Shown in pieces: positions 14,737-16,258 of a DNA stretch of 16,258 bases. The stretch's first letter is position 1. Every line of letters begins with the position of its first letter. Source of the DNA: Candidatus Wukongarchaeum yapensis (lineage in GTDB: Archaea; Asgardarchaeota; Wukongarchaeia; Wukongarchaeales; Wukongarchaeaceae); the NCBI GenBank assembly GCA_016840425.1, contig JAEOSI010000027.1, positions 1 through 16,258 on the forward strand, read 5' to 3'. Both the position numbers and the translations under genes were made by a program. The notes below the pieces were generated by a model. It made no database searches. It was not told where the DNA came from and saw only the letters and a list, made by a program, of their open reading frames with translations.

Positions 14737-16258
14737 TTACACAACCTCCTTTATACCGCGAACAATATCCTCCGGATAAAACGGTCTCCCGTCATACTTC
14801 AAAATCTTATGATCCACCACTTTCCCTGTGTTCTCCCGTATTAAAGAACCAAGCTGGGAAGTGAAATTACCCTCAACTAAAACAGTTTTCGCAGAAGAGT
14901 CCATAAACTTCCTCACTTCTTCGGTAGGAAAAGGGAGTATCCAAATAAGATGCAAGAACTTCACCTTCAAACCATCTTCTTCAAGGACTCTCATCGCTTC
15001 AAGCATAGGACATTTCGTTGACCCCCAACCTATCACCAAAAGGTCAGAAGACTCATCACCATAAAGCTTCGGCTTTGGAAGTTCTTTCGCTGCAAGTTCA
15101 AGCTTTCTCATCCTCTTCTCCACCATTTTTCGCCGGTTCTCAGCGTCCTCTGACATGAAACCGTAAACATCATGCTCCTCTCCTCCAACATTGTGAATAC
15201 CGCCCTTCTGGCCAGGAAAAGCCCTTGTAGATATTCCTGTTTCAGTAAACTCATACCTTTTGAAAGTAACTTCTTCTGCTTCAAGATCCTCTTCTCTTGC
15301 CAAACATCCGCGATCAAGCTTAACGTTGGAAACGTTAAACTTTTCCACGCTTTTACTGCTTTCTGCCAAATATTTGTCTTCAAGAATTATCACGGGAACT
15401 TGGTAACGTTCAGCGAAATTATGCGCGTTTATAGTGGTGTAAAAACATTCTTCCATGTCTCCGGGAGCCGCTACGAGTCTTGGGAATTCTCCTTGAGCTG
15501 CATGAATAGCGAATCTAAGATCTCCTTGTGCTGTCCAAGTAGCAAGACCAGTGGCAGGACCAGGCCTTTGAGCCACCACAACAACTACAGGTACCTCAGT
15601 GTTTCCTGCTAAACCCAAAGCTTCCGACATAAGGCAAAAACCGCCCCCAGAAGTAGCTGTCATAGCCCTTACGCCAGCGTAAGCCGCACCTATGGCCATG
15701 TTCATCGCTGCAATCTCGTCCTCTGTATGTTTCACTATCATTCCAAATCTTCGTTCATGGGCCGCCATAAAGTGCAAGATAGGCGAGGCAGGGGTCATAG
15801 GATAAGCCGAATAAAACTTGCAACCCGCCTGAATAGCCCCCAAAGAAATCGCTTCACTACCACTAATCAACGGCTTCGGTTCTCTTCCTTTGATCTTACT
15901 TAACTTGAATCTAAAACTGTCTGCTGGATAATTTTCTTTTATATAATCGTAGCCACCCTTTGCAGCAGCTAAGTTAGGGTTTACAACTTTGTCTCCTTTA
16001 TGAGCAAAAGTGTCCCTGATAACCCCATTTAACATATCTAAGTCATAGTCAGCGAGTGCGATAGAAGCTCCCAAAGCCACAGTGTTTCTCATAATCGTCC
16101 TTTCCCCTGTCTCTGTAGCTATTTTTTCCAAAGGAACAGGGTAAAGGTTCACATCATCTCTTCCTAAACTCTCTGCAGTAAGCGTTATTTTATCTCCATC
16201 GTAGAGTATTCCTCCTCCAGGGTTTAACTCGTTTTTGTGAAGTTCCACAGTCTCCTCG
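14737..16258 (-). CDS. 2-oxoacid:ferredoxin oxidoreductase alpha subunit (KorA-like, fused gamma domain), 5' end outside window
   Basis: MRNTVALG, AYPMTPAS, EDEIAA, ATSGGGFCLMSE, QRPGPATGL, WGSTK, KYDGRPF; frame stays open past GTG 16248 (..EETVELH) to the window edge, so the gene is partial. Confidence 0.95.
   Translation of the reverse strand, partial: EETVELHKNELNPGGGILYDGDKITLTAESLGRDDVNLYPVPLEKIATETGERTIMRNTVALGASIALADYDLDMLNGVIRDTFAHKGDKVVNPNLAAAKGGYDYIKENYPADSFRFKLSKIKGREPKPLISGSEAISLGAIQAGCKFYSAYPMTPASPILHFMAAHERRFGMIVKHTEDEIAAMNMAIGAAYAGVRAMTATSGGGFCLMSEALGLAGNTEVPVVVVVAQRPGPATGLATWTAQGDLRFAIHAAQGEFPRLVAAPGDMEECFYTTINAHNFAERYQVPVIILEDKYLAESSKSVEKFNVSNVKLDRGCLAREEDLEAEEVTFKRYEFTETGISTRAFPGQKGGIHNVGGEEHDVYGFMSEDAENRRKMVEKRMRKLELAAKELPKPKLYGDESSDLLVIGWGSTKCPMLEAMRVLEEDGLKVKFLHLIWILPFPTEEVRKFMDSSAKTVLVEGNFTSQLGSLIRENTGKVVDHKILKYDGRPFYPEDIVRGIKEVV

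Noticed and set aside
8584-15612. Remaining short overlapping ORFs (8584..8856, 9304..9501, 9886..10128, 11386..11571, 12158..12376, 13101..13322, 14189..14386, 14828..15064, 15108..15383, 15172..15612)
   Set aside because: All overlap conserved housekeeping genes on another frame or strand and lack motifs.

Overview
AT-rich archaeal chromosomal window with 18 intact genes and one gene remnant absent from the ORF track. From left to right: an archaeal riboflavin operon (ribB-ribC-ribH, minus strand); a roughly 2.5 kb compositionally distinct insert (probable catalytically dead M50-like membrane protein, DUF2769-like Cys protein, C-terminal remnant of a carotenoid-cleavage oxygenase, class I SAM methyltransferase); FO synthase cofG-cofH, joined in frame by a single TAG; a CxxC/His metal-binding hypothetical protein; succinyl-CoA-synthetase-like beta and alpha genes separated by a small Hsp20 (alpha apparently starting at ACG); a Roadblock/profilin-like hypothetical protein; a capless HAD hydrolase; an ABC-2 exporter pair; and 2-oxoacid:ferredoxin oxidoreductase beta and alpha (alpha runs off the right edge). 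Archaeal-type RibC, TATA/BRE promoters and GGTGAT-type ribosome-binding sites indicate an archaeon. The two hypothetical proteins resemble families I associate with Asgard archaea, which is an inference. I saw no rRNA, tRNA, CRISPR array or intact mobile element, and no complete new multi-gene system is demonstrable. The best leads are the hidden oxygenase remnant, the amber-linked cofG/cofH junction, the ACG start of sucD, a 5' G/T to 3' A/C composition gradient within resident genes, and the two Asgard-like hypothetical proteins. All base counts are hand counts and approximate.
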